DNA from: a virus
Strand: one strand, 5' to 3'
IMG/VR virus record: IMGVR_UViG_3300031420_000003
Coordinates: 64,001-128,000 of that record
Length of the DNA stretch: 64,000 nucleotides
Under the pieces are notes generated by a model. It was not told where the DNA came from and did not search any database. It worked only from the letters and a program-made list of their open reading frames with translations. The translations under genes and the position numbers were made by a program. Shown piece after piece: positions 27,901 through 37,895 of the stretch (position 1 is the first letter of the stretch; every line of letters starts with the position of its first letter).

Positions 27901-28631
27901 ACGATGACACGCTGTTTGAGGTGATGGGCCTCGGTTACACTGACAGCAAGGGGAACTTCAATCGCCTCTCGGTGCTCATCAGTCGCTCGAACTACATCTC
28001 GGATGCGCAGGGCAATCTGTGCCACCTGGGCTTTGCTATCAACTACGGCAGTCCACGTCAGATTATCATTGGGGGCTCGGACTTCCCGGTCAACAATGCG
28101 AATACGTGGGCGAGTCTGGTTGCGTCGGTTTCGGTACTGGCAGATGCCAACACGGTGAACTTCACGGTGGCCTTGCCAACGACCACCACGGTAAGCCTGA
28201 ACCTGAAAACCGGTGTGCTGTCTTTGGGGTCGCAAACCATCGACCTCAACGCCCGTCTACAGGCCGCAGGGATTGACCTGACCGAAACTACGTCGGCTAC
28301 CCTTAAACGTCACTACGGCGTCGGAGGGAGCTTCAGTAGCGTCTTCCGTTGCAGAGCGTCAACACCGGCGAGTGTTGCTGACGACAACGTTTACAACACC
28401 CTCGTTTCTTTTGTAGAAAACTACTCGGGTCTGGAACGTGCACGGTACATCGAAGGTGTGCTGACAACCGAGATGCTGGCCATGACTGACACCCAACTGC
28501 GTACGGCGATTGTGAAAGCAAACACCGATAAGCACTACAGTGGCATTCCGCGCTTTATCTCGACGTCTGACCTCATCCTTTACACCGACAAAGTGAATAA
28601 ACGATACACCGGTGTGGTGCTTCGTGATTAA
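24969..28631 (+). CDS. large tail-fibre/baseplate-associated virion protein, paralog 1
   Basis: 1220 aa; N-terminal PFY..G.DY module shared with three neighbours; HIGDKNDPH and HTHT fibre motifs. Confidence 0.75.
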   Translation: MAVVFDPHQKESGNLIPQEAVTPIGSKHRVLIPANAPFYTGSVVVTSNGKTLKFGRDYVFGHRFMTGIQRTGRNIHASIWITNEDYVNNFAVDYHAVGSGIATPAQIAAERQANADKYPVDCQWEEVIGEVYFPPVDIQFDKANWQGELELMQAIAAIGKKITEKPPMPDPYTTSSVPTTNHEGFFSRGEVVYQNDLSYLVKKKPTGPFYTITGYNPHGMGDYRLIVNFNLKSLYNQVTPPNFAMLLRNYWSGGFAGLQLRYMDGDLKLVLFADGNTPSYYPIAAAGKGLAIFNKPFTVTVINSKTHDTVSVVVTQEGQTVLNYTVDIQNPPTSVSAEWTLFNVRSKLSNRTTDLRLQFDVGVNDTFSFNDFPGYGYSADDNAPVLALLKDYAEIVNELYRGAPAHDHIGDKNDPHEDTPGSIGALPLNDIAFDSALAFGRTQAALAVYINNLLPKATDLNNRILRVGNNTPVPGAFTMQPGLGQISSTSAATEAAGVETLGTVDDKMIRLLSKTFQRHVTTQNASAKSGANELVLYSDSRKLQWNGKPLLDPTTVIPYLPGVSGSGDGLFYGENTASFTINGNGIQTVPFKVVWSPASNANRDTPALRRLTTDFGASDDLMVTPLLLKKLDALFTGKLLLNKANINGMALSTSVTIDKLTFNLGAVANTPDTQLPVSTAQQAELDKYADTTHTHTPAQLGIVAATDKVKGLVKTGKLVDDATVALDAGAVSALVSRSDALSTTAGNVDSGAVIDIVRYGTPGASSIANALTSTGWMVSIKANVYFARLRYDVPLGSFNLTQLTSSPSNKTFFVYVDVVNNAGQYRISLTKLPESDTLTEIGSFTTDDSGVSDSTIRNVTRLGDFRELVEHVASKNDHSHRAMTQAEFGFTFNKQGEEWTGGVKGTLRRDADWRARGVDGWRSRENVRWGALNSAYDGFVFSPGGVNSTDHLVMQCISPYYTLSGTPVTFIPTDVTVNDDTLFEVMGLGYTDSKGNFNRLSVLISRSNYISDAQGNLCHLGFAINYGSPRQIIIGGSDFPVNNANTWASLVASVSVLADANTVNFTVALPTTTTVSLNLKTGVLSLGSQTIDLNARLQAAGIDLTETTSATLKRHYGVGGSFSSVFRCRASTPASVADDNVYNTLVSFVENYSGLERARYIEGVLTTEMLAMTDTQLRTAIVKANTDKHYSGIPRFISTSDLILYTDKVNKRYTGVVLRD

Positions 28632-28641
28632 GGAGAACTAA

Positions 28642-31600
28642 ATGAGTGCGATTCCTTACGATTGGAAAGGCACCGCCAAGACCAATCAGTTTACTGAGGA
28701 GCGTATTCTCGAATCGGACATCGCCTCGGAACGTGTGCTGGTTCTCCAGCACCGTCCGTTCTTCCAGTCTGGGTTTTCCGTGAGGCAGGCAACTGCCTCT
28801 AACCCCCTGACTCAGGGCGTCGATTACGAGTTGGCTTATCAGCTAACAGAGCTGGACGACTCAATGGCGAGTCCGGTGTTCTGTGGGGTGAACATTATCA
28901 ACCCGGCCATCAAGGGTTCGTTAATCTTTACCGGTAACCACGTAGGCGGAACGTACTACGACGGTCTGTTGGAATCCTTTGACACACTGGTGAAGTATTT
29001 AAACAACCCAACCAGTGCCCGTTGGTTAAATGTCAACAACCGTCCGTCCTTGTATCCGGTGATGCCGGCTGCAACCTCGTGGCATGATTTGCTGAACAAG
29101 AAATACGTGGCGTCGGCCATTCATGACGTGGAACTCGATGCCGGGTCGGCCAACGATGAAATCAAAGCCAAGCTCGACCAGCTGAAAGTCACGGTGGAAA
29201 GTCTGCACGCAGAGATTGAAGCCTTCGATTACCCGTCGCACGTGAATGCCAAGAACCCCCACGGCACCACAGCCACCCAGATTGGGGCACACCCGATTTC
29301 CCTGAAAGCCGCTGACACCTTCCTGACCTACGGGAAGACGTTACGCCAGCTGACAGCCGAAGTGCGGGCGCTGGGCTTGCAACAGTCGGATATCGACAAG
29401 TACATTGAGACGTGGGCGTTTAAAGACATCCAAGGAACCTTTGTGCAGTTGGTGCAAGCGAACCGTCCTATCTTTAAGTCCAAGAACGGGGCGTCGAGTA
29501 TCCTCTTTACCGACACCGGTTTTGACCTCACCTCCACCGGTGGAATTGCCTTGCGTGCCGGCTATAAAGGTGATGCGGCGTACTTCGAATGGGTGGCAGG
29601 CGGTAACGTCATGCGTATCGAGTCGTCGGGTAATGCACTGGGCATGGACAAACTCTCCGTAAACGGCGTGACGCTACTGACCACCACCTCCCTGATGGAT
29701 TATCAGGCTGAGGACAATGGCGGGGGCACTGACCCAGACGACTCCAAGTTGTACGTGCAGTCGGACACCGTGGGCTTAACCCCCACCGGGAAAGGGTCAA
29801 AAGCCGATCCGGTGAAATGGAACTTAACGGTGCCTGATGCCACAACGACGGCTGACGGGGCTGTGACATTGGTGACGCAGAAAAGCGATATCGCCAGTGG
29901 ACAGGCCGTCACCCCCAATGCAGTTGCTGCGTATGACACCAACCTTGGCCAGTTCGTGCCTAAGGCTACCCGTCTGAACTCGGTTGCCATGGATGACGGC
30001 TCACGTGTCCTTGGGAAGTCAGACATTGGTTTGGGGTCTGCGGATAACACGGCGGATGTGGATAAAGCCTTGTCAACCGATTTGCAAACGGCGTTGGCCA
30101 GCAAGTCCGACAAAGGCCACAAACATGCGTGGGCGTCGTTGAACATTCCCAACGCCACTGAAGCGGACGCCGGGGTGATTCGTATTGCGCCCTCAGAAGC
30201 GGCATTGGCTGATGGCCGGGGAACGGCTCCCAATGTGCTCTATCAGCTGCAACTGCAATTAGCAGACATTGCTGAGAAGCTCAAAGGGGCAAACCCGAAA
30301 GCCGTGACCGACTACGCGGTGATTGGCGGGGCGACGTGGAATGTGGCAAGTTCGAAACTGGCATTGTCAGTGCAAGACTTGAAATACTTCTACATGGCCA
30401 ACGGTGGACGTAAAGAGGGGCGGGTCACAGGGTCTGTAAACCTTGAAACTACACCGATGTTCAACTGGTATCAGCCAACGAACGTCATCGAGCGTAACTG
30501 GGCAAAAGGTGTTCTGCACAATACTCAGTTGGCATTAACCTCGAGTGTCGCCACCCTTCCTTTATACGCTCGCACAATTGGCCTGAGCGCTGCGCAGATG
30601 GGTGACCTGTCCATTATCTCAGTTCTGGCCAAAGAACGTGTAGCGTGCGTTTCAGGGCGTCTGAGGGTGATCGCCTCCGGGGGTGGAAACATCAGTGTGT
30701 ACATCAACGGAGACCTTGTGGCATCGGGTTCGCCGACGGTTGATGGGGTGTTCTCCGTCGACACGGCATCGTCGGTGCACACGGTGGCCTTACGGGCGGA
30801 TTGTAATGACAGCAGCAAACCTGCGGCCATTGCGTTTGAGATTTGGGATAACAACTATCCTATCGTGGCATCATCGCCTGACACGAAGCTGGTGCAGTTA
30901 AGCGAGTTCATCAACCCGCGTAACAATCGCCACTTTGTGTATCTCAACATGAGCACCAATTCGCTGTTTGGTCGTGCGGAACCTATCCCGTCGAACGACA
31001 TCAGTATCACACAAGCCTACGTCGGTTACGTGGACTGCGGTCCTGCGGGAATGGCGACCACCACAGTGACCTTTGACACGGTGGCAGACTTTGGACAGTT
31101 CCAAGAGTTGGGGACGCACCAGACCCTGATTCCGGCACACGTTCCTGAGAGCAGCGACTGGTACCTGTCAGATAACCCGAACATGAAACGCTTGCCGATT
31201 GCCTCCGATAAACCGGACTATATTGCGGCCGGTGTCGCAGGTTCAGCCAGTCTGGCAGCCGGGGTGTTGTCACTGCAACCGTCGGTCAATGGCACAGGGT
31301 TACTCACCATGTGGTTGGACACCCGTTACAGCGGGCCACAACAGTGGATGACACCGGCAAACCCGTATGAGAACAACCTGCTCACCTACGAGGGGTCACT
31401 GGCGCTCTACATTCCGATTCGGGCGACGTTAAGCGCAAGCGCAAACGACTTGTGGTTAACCTTTGCGCAAAAGGCAAAGAACGGCCAGCACAAGTTCTTC
31501 CACGTCAACGTCTTCACGGACGAAGCCGAATACGGGTACATGCCAGAGATGGGCGTTAACCCAGCGAACTTGGCTAACCGTGCACCGTCTGATGCCACAC

Positions 31601-32676
31601 CGCTTGCAGTGCATCCGTACGACATCAGTACCGCCACGGCAACTGACCCGCATGTCTGGGGTGAGGATAATGCCGGGGCTGCTGAGTCACGGTATATCGT
31701 GCGTTACCGTTTCGTGCCTAAGACCAACACTTTGCGTGTGGAATTGGTGTCGTTTGAAAGCGATCGGTCAACGCCGACGATTCGTAAGGTGACCTACGAG
31801 ATGCCGTTCGATGTGCGGGACTGCATGGGGGGCTTTGTGGGCTTTAACCGTAAAGGGTTGGGGTCAACGAGTTTCCATCGTTTGCATGCGGGTATCTACC
31901 AGTCTGTTGATTACCACAACTACAGTTACTTCCGCAGTCTTTTCGAAGCCTACGTCCGCGCCAACGATTATGCCGTACAAGGCAGTGGTCGTGGTGTGGT
32001 GCAGAAGTTACTCAGTGGTGGGATTCCAGCGAACTGGGGGACATTGGCTGGAGCCACCGAGTTTATCGGTATTCCAACTGCCGGTAACAACGTCCTGACG
32101 TCACGCAGCAAGTTCAGTCCACTGGCGGTGCATGCAACTCGTCCACCGCTGAAGCAACGGGTAGGGGCAGAAATCAGTCGGGCCAAAGTCTGGGCCAATA
32201 CCAACAATCCACTGCGGGGTGCCAGCTATACCCGCCGTTTTGCGTTGGTGGTCGAGGCTCCTGCTGACTTCACCTCACTGGACTGGTTGGTGAGCACGAA
32301 CTACAACTTCGTCAGTTACGTGAACGCCACGAAAGTGCACGCCAATAACCCGCAGAACGGGGCAACAGCGAGCAGTCGGTTAACGCCGACCGTGACCGGT
32401 TACGCAGGGGACGTGTTGTACATCGAGTTTGTTCCACTGGCAATCCCCACGCCATTCTTCCTTGAATCGACACTTATCTTTAAGAGCGGTTCAGACACGG
32501 TGGCGACTATCGACTTCAGTGACGATAACGCCGTTGTGGTAATGGAAGACACTGCCCCAACCCTGTTCCTCTGTAAGTACCATCCGTTTAGCCTGACCAC
32601 GACCATGTGGGATTGGATAACGGGTATCATGCGTACGGAAGAAGGGGTGAGCACCGACCTTGGTGTTTGGAACTAA
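28642..32676 (+). CDS. large tail-fibre/baseplate-associated virion protein, paralog 2
   Basis: 1344 aa; HVNAKNPHGTTATQIG, IGLGSADNTADVDK and HKH fibre motifs. Confidence 0.75.
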   Translation: MSAIPYDWKGTAKTNQFTEERILESDIASERVLVLQHRPFFQSGFSVRQATASNPLTQGVDYELAYQLTELDDSMASPVFCGVNIINPAIKGSLIFTGNHVGGTYYDGLLESFDTLVKYLNNPTSARWLNVNNRPSLYPVMPAATSWHDLLNKKYVASAIHDVELDAGSANDEIKAKLDQLKVTVESLHAEIEAFDYPSHVNAKNPHGTTATQIGAHPISLKAADTFLTYGKTLRQLTAEVRALGLQQSDIDKYIETWAFKDIQGTFVQLVQANRPIFKSKNGASSILFTDTGFDLTSTGGIALRAGYKGDAAYFEWVAGGNVMRIESSGNALGMDKLSVNGVTLLTTTSLMDYQAEDNGGGTDPDDSKLYVQSDTVGLTPTGKGSKADPVKWNLTVPDATTTADGAVTLVTQKSDIASGQAVTPNAVAAYDTNLGQFVPKATRLNSVAMDDGSRVLGKSDIGLGSADNTADVDKALSTDLQTALASKSDKGHKHAWASLNIPNATEADAGVIRIAPSEAALADGRGTAPNVLYQLQLQLADIAEKLKGANPKAVTDYAVIGGATWNVASSKLALSVQDLKYFYMANGGRKEGRVTGSVNLETTPMFNWYQPTNVIERNWAKGVLHNTQLALTSSVATLPLYARTIGLSAAQMGDLSIISVLAKERVACVSGRLRVIASGGGNISVYINGDLVASGSPTVDGVFSVDTASSVHTVALRADCNDSSKPAAIAFEIWDNNYPIVASSPDTKLVQLSEFINPRNNRHFVYLNMSTNSLFGRAEPIPSNDISITQAYVGYVDCGPAGMATTTVTFDTVADFGQFQELGTHQTLIPAHVPESSDWYLSDNPNMKRLPIASDKPDYIAAGVAGSASLAAGVLSLQPSVNGTGLLTMWLDTRYSGPQQWMTPANPYENNLLTYEGSLALYIPIRATLSASANDLWLTFAQKAKNGQHKFFHVNVFTDEAEYGYMPEMGVNPANLANRAPSDATPLAVHPYDISTATATDPHVWGEDNAGAAESRYIVRYRFVPKTNTLRVELVSFESDRSTPTIRKVTYEMPFDVRDCMGGFVGFNRKGLGSTSFHRLHAGIYQSVDYHNYSYFRSLFEAYVRANDYAVQGSGRGVVQKLLSGGIPANWGTLAGATEFIGIPTAGNNVLTSRSKFSPLAVHATRPPLKQRVGAEISRAKVWANTNNPLRGASYTRRFALVVEAPADFTSLDWLVSTNYNFVSYVNATKVHANNPQNGATASSRLTPTVTGYAGDVLYIEFVPLAIPTPFFLESTLIFKSGSDTVATIDFSDDNAVVVMEDTAPTLFLCKYHPFSLTTTMWDWITGIMRTEEGVSTDLGVWN

Positions 32677-32685
32677 CGGGAAGTC

Positions 32686-32731
32686 CTTACGGACAACCCG
32701 TCCGTAAGCGCCGTCCCTCTCGGGGGACGGC
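32686..32731 (+). promoter_or_regulatory. two tandem hairpins between fibre genes (attenuator or processing signal)
   Basis: CTTACGGAC/GTCCGTAAG and GCCGTCCC/GGGACGGC followed by TTCCGTTTTCTTT. Confidence 0.6.
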
Positions 32732-32763
32732 TTCCGTTTTCTTTAAGAAGTGGGAGTTTACAC

Positions 32764-35700
32764 ATGGCGACGGAAACCCCGGCCCAGTTTGACGGTACGT
32801 TGAAAGTCTCGACGTTCCCCAACCGTTTCAACACGGTTATTCCGCCGGAAGGCCCTTTCTACCGCACCGGGCTGGTTATCACCGATTTAAATGATGTCCC
32901 GCTTATCGAGGGCATGGACTATTACCTCGGCTACTATTACAAAGAAGCCGCTGAGGCATTCCAAGCCGCTGTGTTCGGCGGGATAATGTTGCTGAACCAC
33001 GACGCCATTAAATACAGCATTTACGCTGTGGGGCGTGACTACCGTGTGCCACAGAGCGAAATCGGTAAGTGGCTGGTCAGCAGCGACATGAAAGACCCCC
33101 GTAACGAAGACTGGTCTGCGTTGATGCGCTTTGCGCCAACCATTCCGGCCATCGACCCCCCGCAAGATTTGGACGAAGCCATTGCGCGTGACGATATCGT
33201 TGCCGCCCTGAATGACATTCGTCTGGGTTTGATTAAGCGGGCAGGGGACATGGACGCCGCTTACGGTGACGTCACTGACCTTATCTACCAAACCGGTAAG
33301 AAAGTGTTTGATGACGGGATGTATCAGCACCACCTGCTGAAATCCCAAGGGCACTCGTACACCGCAGAAGACATTGGGGCCTTAAAGGTCACAGACAAAG
33401 CAGTGGATGCCACCCGGGCCTTTGGTCGCACCATCGACCAGCTTGTCACGTTAATGTCGACCACTGGCTTTCAGCAAAAGCACCTTGATTTGCTGATGCG
33501 TAACGACACGGCGTTTAACAACGTCTTTGGTCGTTTGCGTGTGCTGAACAACAACGTCCTGACCTACACCACGGCGAACAGTGACCACGTTGTCACGTTC
33601 AAAGGCCCGAACGTGTTGGTCTCCACCAAAAAGACCATGCGCTTTACAGCGGATTCCGGTAATGCCAATCCGGGACTGGCGGTTGAGATGTCAGCGGGCC
33701 TGAATACCCTGATGGTGCACTCCGGGCCGAACGCACTGGCACCGGTGTTCAACGGGGTGTATCTGATTACCCCGGACATGGTGGAATTGTACCTGCACGA
33801 GGTGAAACTCAAAGCCGCGAATGCGTACATGTCCTCCACCGAAACCGTTAAGGTCTACGGGTCAGGCAAGTCCTACGCGCCGTTCCGTCTGGAAGCCAAC
33901 CTGCCTGAAGCCGCCGTGGGTGTACGGGGCCTGATCAAGGTGACCTCCAACCGCACCACGCTCAGCGAAGGGTACGCTATCTCTCAGGCCGGGATTACCG
34001 CTATGCGGGATTTGCTGGGCAACTACGTGGATGACGCCTACACCATCAACGGCAAGGGCTTTGATGCTACCCAGACGCTGACATTAACTGCAACGGACGT
34101 GGGTGTTGATAAGATGCAGAACACTGCACCTGTCGACAAGCCCGTGACCAAAGCGTTGACCTCGGCGGTGGCGAACAAGTCCCTCACCAACCACACGCAC
34201 ACCTTGGCAGATGTGACCGATGTACCGTACGCCAGTTCCTCAGCCGCGGGTCTGGTGCTGCTGTGGGACATTATCGATGCGAGTACCGATCGGGTGGTGA
34301 CGGCACGTCAAGGTTACCTGTTTGAAAAGGCCTTGGCGGATTTAGAAAGCAAAGCCAACGGTTTGATTCCGGCGTGGGCAGTGATTGGGGCGTCGTACGG
34401 TAACTTAGGATTCCTGCCTATCCCTGCGTTGGGTAACTACGAAGGGTACGGCAAGAACAACAGCTACTACTACGGGGCGATGCGCTTTGAGGGTGACAAG
34501 CTGTATATCCTGCGCAACGGCACCGATGGGCTAACCGACCAGCACATCTATTACGCCTACGGCACGCTCAACGAAGACAACACCCTGACCAACGTGCAGC
34601 AGACCACCCAACGCTATCAGCCCGCAGGGATGACCGCAAAATACCCGGGTGTGACACTGAAGGCCGTTGTGGTGCCCGGCAATGATTTCATTCTTTGTCT
34701 GGGCAGTGACAATGCGTATTACTTGGTGGACATGGCCGGCACGGCAGACCATAACCGCCACCTCAATGTGGTACGGGTCACGTTCCCGTCTATCACGGAT
34801 GTTGCAGGCGCGAGCACAGCACTGGTGCCGGTCGGTGAGACGGATGACATTGTGGTGTACGGCAGCAAGGTGTATCTGCTGCGTACGCGCTTGGCCAATG
34901 ACAGCTACCGGGTTGCACTGGCGTCGGTGTCATTGAATGCGTTTGGTGGTCAAGACATTGCCTTTGCCATGGAAACCCTGAACGGGATGAAGGGTGTAGC
35001 GGGGTCGTGGTTACTGCTGCGGGCAGAAGGGGCGTATGACCCGGACAATGCCAATACCGATCGGGTGGCCTATATGCCGGCTTCGGCTGCGGCGATTTGG
35101 ACGGTGGGCAAGAATCTGGTGCATGGCCCGGCGTGTAACCGTGCACTGGGGTTGCAGGATGAAGTGCTGCGAGTGGGCATGAACCCCACGCTGTGGCTCG
35201 CCAAAGCCACGGAGTCAGTCGGCTTTAGCAACTGGTACACATCGTACACTTTGGACTTTGACACACTCACCGTGGCACTGGAGCGCCCTGAGATATTCCC
35301 GTTACAGTTCTTGGACACCGGCCCGCAGTACAAAACCGGTACCGATCTTATCACGGCGAAATACCCAGCGAAGTGGACAGGGACACAGGCGAATGCCCGT
35401 GCGTACGTTGCGCACCAAGGCACGACGGTTGCCGTGTTGTCAGCCGAAGGTGACCGAGACACCCCGATCCGTGTGTCAACCATGTCAACGCCGGACGGCG
35501 ATGATTACTACGACTCACTGGCGGCGGATGTCTTGGGTGTACCTGCGGCAGGGTCAGTGGTGCGCCTCGACCAAGGACGTGGTTCGGTCTATGCCTCCGG
35601 GATGGCCTACCCGCTGTTCTTTGGCGGTGACTCGAAAGCCATCTGGTTAACCGGGGTGAAAGATGCCCTGGCAGTTGAGGTGGTGTACTCCACGGATACC

Positions 35701-37851
35701 GATTACGGCGTGCCGGGTTACGGTGGATTTGGCCCAACCAACAACCGTCGGGAAATCACCCCCGAGGCGTATGCGGCAATGTCGCAGTTGGCGATGGTCA
35801 AAGTCAGCAACACCGACAAAGGCACCCTGAACGGCTGCTTCTTCACGAAAGCGGAAACCGTGCAGTACAAGAACGTGGCCGGTAACCCGAACTTCACCGC
35901 AGATAAGCTGACCCTGAACGATACCGAGTGGGCGAAAGTCCGCAGTATCTTACTCGGTAATGCCCCGGCAGGTGCAGCCAACGGGTACGCCTCTGAACGT
36001 CTGATGGCCGCTGACCAAATCGGCAAGCTGTATGTCGGCCTGTGGGGCTTTGCTATCGGTACCCAGCAGCAGCTTTTCTTGGGACAAGCCACGGCACAGC
36101 GCTTAGTGAATGGTGTGAATAAAATCGACCATTACTACTTTGTGATGTACCCGAGTGTCTCCAACGGACAGCTCGCGTTCAGCTCTACCACGGTGCAGCT
36201 TCTGAGCTTCCACAACGACTTGGATTACAACATCGCCAACGTCGGGCTGGACTTCAGTTACAGTGGTAAGCCACGTCGCTTTGGTCAACCGCAGTTGATT
36301 TCCACGGACGGGCAGAAGTTTGCCCTGATGCTCCCAATGGTGCTGCGGATTGCACAGGTGGGTAATGCAGCCGGTCTTAACTACGCCGCGGTGTTAACCC
36401 TCTCGGGCAACCAGTGGGCGAAGACCTCAGCCACGGTGTACACCGACAACCCGACGTACCAACCGAATACGTGGGTGTGGGTGAAGGACCTGAATGCGAT
36501 GGTGCGGTCGTACTTCAAACTCGACCCGGTGTTCGCCTCGGGGGATGCCTACGCCATTGCGGACTTCATGGCCAAGCCGCTTGACACTTCGGTCACCAGT
36601 CAACCGGTGGTGTTGGCCGGTGTGAAAACCGCAGAAGGGTGGGTGCTGTATCTGACAGAGGACGAGCGGTTATTCATTAACTCGCAAGAATACCTGTTAG
36701 ACCAGTACAGCATCGACTTCTCCAGTGCGTTCAGTGACTACCGTAACCAGACCTTCTATTTCCACGCAGAAGTCTACCCAGACGAGGGGACGTTTAAAGC
36801 ACGGTACCGTGTCAGTACGACGCGTTACCCTGACAGCGACAACCTGCTTTATATTGGCTATGTCAAAACCGACAGCAGCCGAATCGTTGAGGAAAACATT
36901 CTCCCGGTGAAACGACTGGGTGATGTACGACAACTGATGGAACACGAAGGGGTGGGCTACAGTCACGGATCGAATGTGGGTCGTGAGCTGGCTGAGTCTC
37001 CACTGGGTCTGCTCGAACCTTTACCGATTGCTACCTCCGGTAATGGGTTTGTGGGGCAGTCTGCGTTGTCAGCAGCAATTGGCACGCTCTTGAGTCGCCC
37101 ACTGATTAACCGGTATGTGCCGGCACAACAGGCGTGGTACTCGGGTGCGGTCTTGCCTGAGCTGTTCTGGGCACCGGCTCGTGCGGTTGCAGTGACGTCT
37201 GCGGAGAACCCGGATGCGAACACGTTGGGGTTAATCTGGATTGACATCTATCAGCGGTCGATTCCGAACTTCGGCACCTTTGGCACCAAGTTCAAAGTGA
37301 CAACCACCGGCGGGACGTTACGCATTCGGTTTGCAGTGGATGACATGTGCCACATTTATATCGACGGTGTACGGGTTGCCTCGGGTATCACGTCAGGCGG
37401 GGCTAACCAGTTGGCTACCCAAGACTTCCCGGTGTCAAACGGACAGCACACGGTAGCGATTGAAGTCATTCAGGCAGGTACCGCAGGTGGCACCATCTGC
37501 CACATTGCGTTTATTGCCTACGACTGGAACGGCACCACTGCCCGTGAACTGACGCGCTCCAGCGGTACGTCGGTTGTGGCCTTCACCTCAGACCAAGGTA
37601 CAGCGTCCGGTAACTTGGGCGTGTTGGAGACCATTTCACACGTGTATGTTCCGGTCACCGACAACACTGCGGTTGTGACGGTGGTTGCGCCAGAAATCAG
37701 TTATGCCCCGCCATTTATTGAACGGGCTAACGGTTCTAACCGCGAAGTCGTTGTTGCCTCGAAGTTCTTTGGGCCAGATGGGAAGCTTGTTACGCTCGGT
37801 GAGGTAACGGTCAATCTTATGTTAATCCCAACGAGTAATTTGTCGTCTTAA
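32764..37851 (+). CDS. large tail-fibre protein, paralog 3, with C-terminal PA14/galactose-binding-like domain
   Basis: 1695 aa; shared N-terminal module; HTHT motif; IRFAVDDMCHIYIDG jelly-roll-like motif near the C-terminus. Confidence 0.75.
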   Translation: MATETPAQFDGTLKVSTFPNRFNTVIPPEGPFYRTGLVITDLNDVPLIEGMDYYLGYYYKEAAEAFQAAVFGGIMLLNHDAIKYSIYAVGRDYRVPQSEIGKWLVSSDMKDPRNEDWSALMRFAPTIPAIDPPQDLDEAIARDDIVAALNDIRLGLIKRAGDMDAAYGDVTDLIYQTGKKVFDDGMYQHHLLKSQGHSYTAEDIGALKVTDKAVDATRAFGRTIDQLVTLMSTTGFQQKHLDLLMRNDTAFNNVFGRLRVLNNNVLTYTTANSDHVVTFKGPNVLVSTKKTMRFTADSGNANPGLAVEMSAGLNTLMVHSGPNALAPVFNGVYLITPDMVELYLHEVKLKAANAYMSSTETVKVYGSGKSYAPFRLEANLPEAAVGVRGLIKVTSNRTTLSEGYAISQAGITAMRDLLGNYVDDAYTINGKGFDATQTLTLTATDVGVDKMQNTAPVDKPVTKALTSAVANKSLTNHTHTLADVTDVPYASSSAAGLVLLWDIIDASTDRVVTARQGYLFEKALADLESKANGLIPAWAVIGASYGNLGFLPIPALGNYEGYGKNNSYYYGAMRFEGDKLYILRNGTDGLTDQHIYYAYGTLNEDNTLTNVQQTTQRYQPAGMTAKYPGVTLKAVVVPGNDFILCLGSDNAYYLVDMAGTADHNRHLNVVRVTFPSITDVAGASTALVPVGETDDIVVYGSKVYLLRTRLANDSYRVALASVSLNAFGGQDIAFAMETLNGMKGVAGSWLLLRAEGAYDPDNANTDRVAYMPASAAAIWTVGKNLVHGPACNRALGLQDEVLRVGMNPTLWLAKATESVGFSNWYTSYTLDFDTLTVALERPEIFPLQFLDTGPQYKTGTDLITAKYPAKWTGTQANARAYVAHQGTTVAVLSAEGDRDTPIRVSTMSTPDGDDYYDSLAADVLGVPAAGSVVRLDQGRGSVYASGMAYPLFFGGDSKAIWLTGVKDALAVEVVYSTDTDYGVPGYGGFGPTNNRREITPEAYAAMSQLAMVKVSNTDKGTLNGCFFTKAETVQYKNVAGNPNFTADKLTLNDTEWAKVRSILLGNAPAGAANGYASERLMAADQIGKLYVGLWGFAIGTQQQLFLGQATAQRLVNGVNKIDHYYFVMYPSVSNGQLAFSSTTVQLLSFHNDLDYNIANVGLDFSYSGKPRRFGQPQLISTDGQKFALMLPMVLRIAQVGNAAGLNYAAVLTLSGNQWAKTSATVYTDNPTYQPNTWVWVKDLNAMVRSYFKLDPVFASGDAYAIADFMAKPLDTSVTSQPVVLAGVKTAEGWVLYLTEDERLFINSQEYLLDQYSIDFSSAFSDYRNQTFYFHAEVYPDEGTFKARYRVSTTRYPDSDNLLYIGYVKTDSSRIVEENILPVKRLGDVRQLMEHEGVGYSHGSNVGRELAESPLGLLEPLPIATSGNGFVGQSALSAAIGTLLSRPLINRYVPAQQAWYSGAVLPELFWAPARAVAVTSAENPDANTLGLIWIDIYQRSIPNFGTFGTKFKVTTTGGTLRIRFAVDDMCHIYIDGVRVASGITSGGANQLATQDFPVSNGQHTVAIEVIQAGTAGGTICHIAFIAYDWNGTTARELTRSSGTSVVAFTSDQGTASGNLGVLETISHVYVPVTDNTAVVTVVAPEISYAPPFIERANGSNREVVVASKFFGPDGKLVTLGEVTVNLMLIPTSNLSS

Positions 37852-37895
37852 CCACTGGTGAGGGCAGGGATGCCCTCTCGTAAGGGAGCTTGGAG

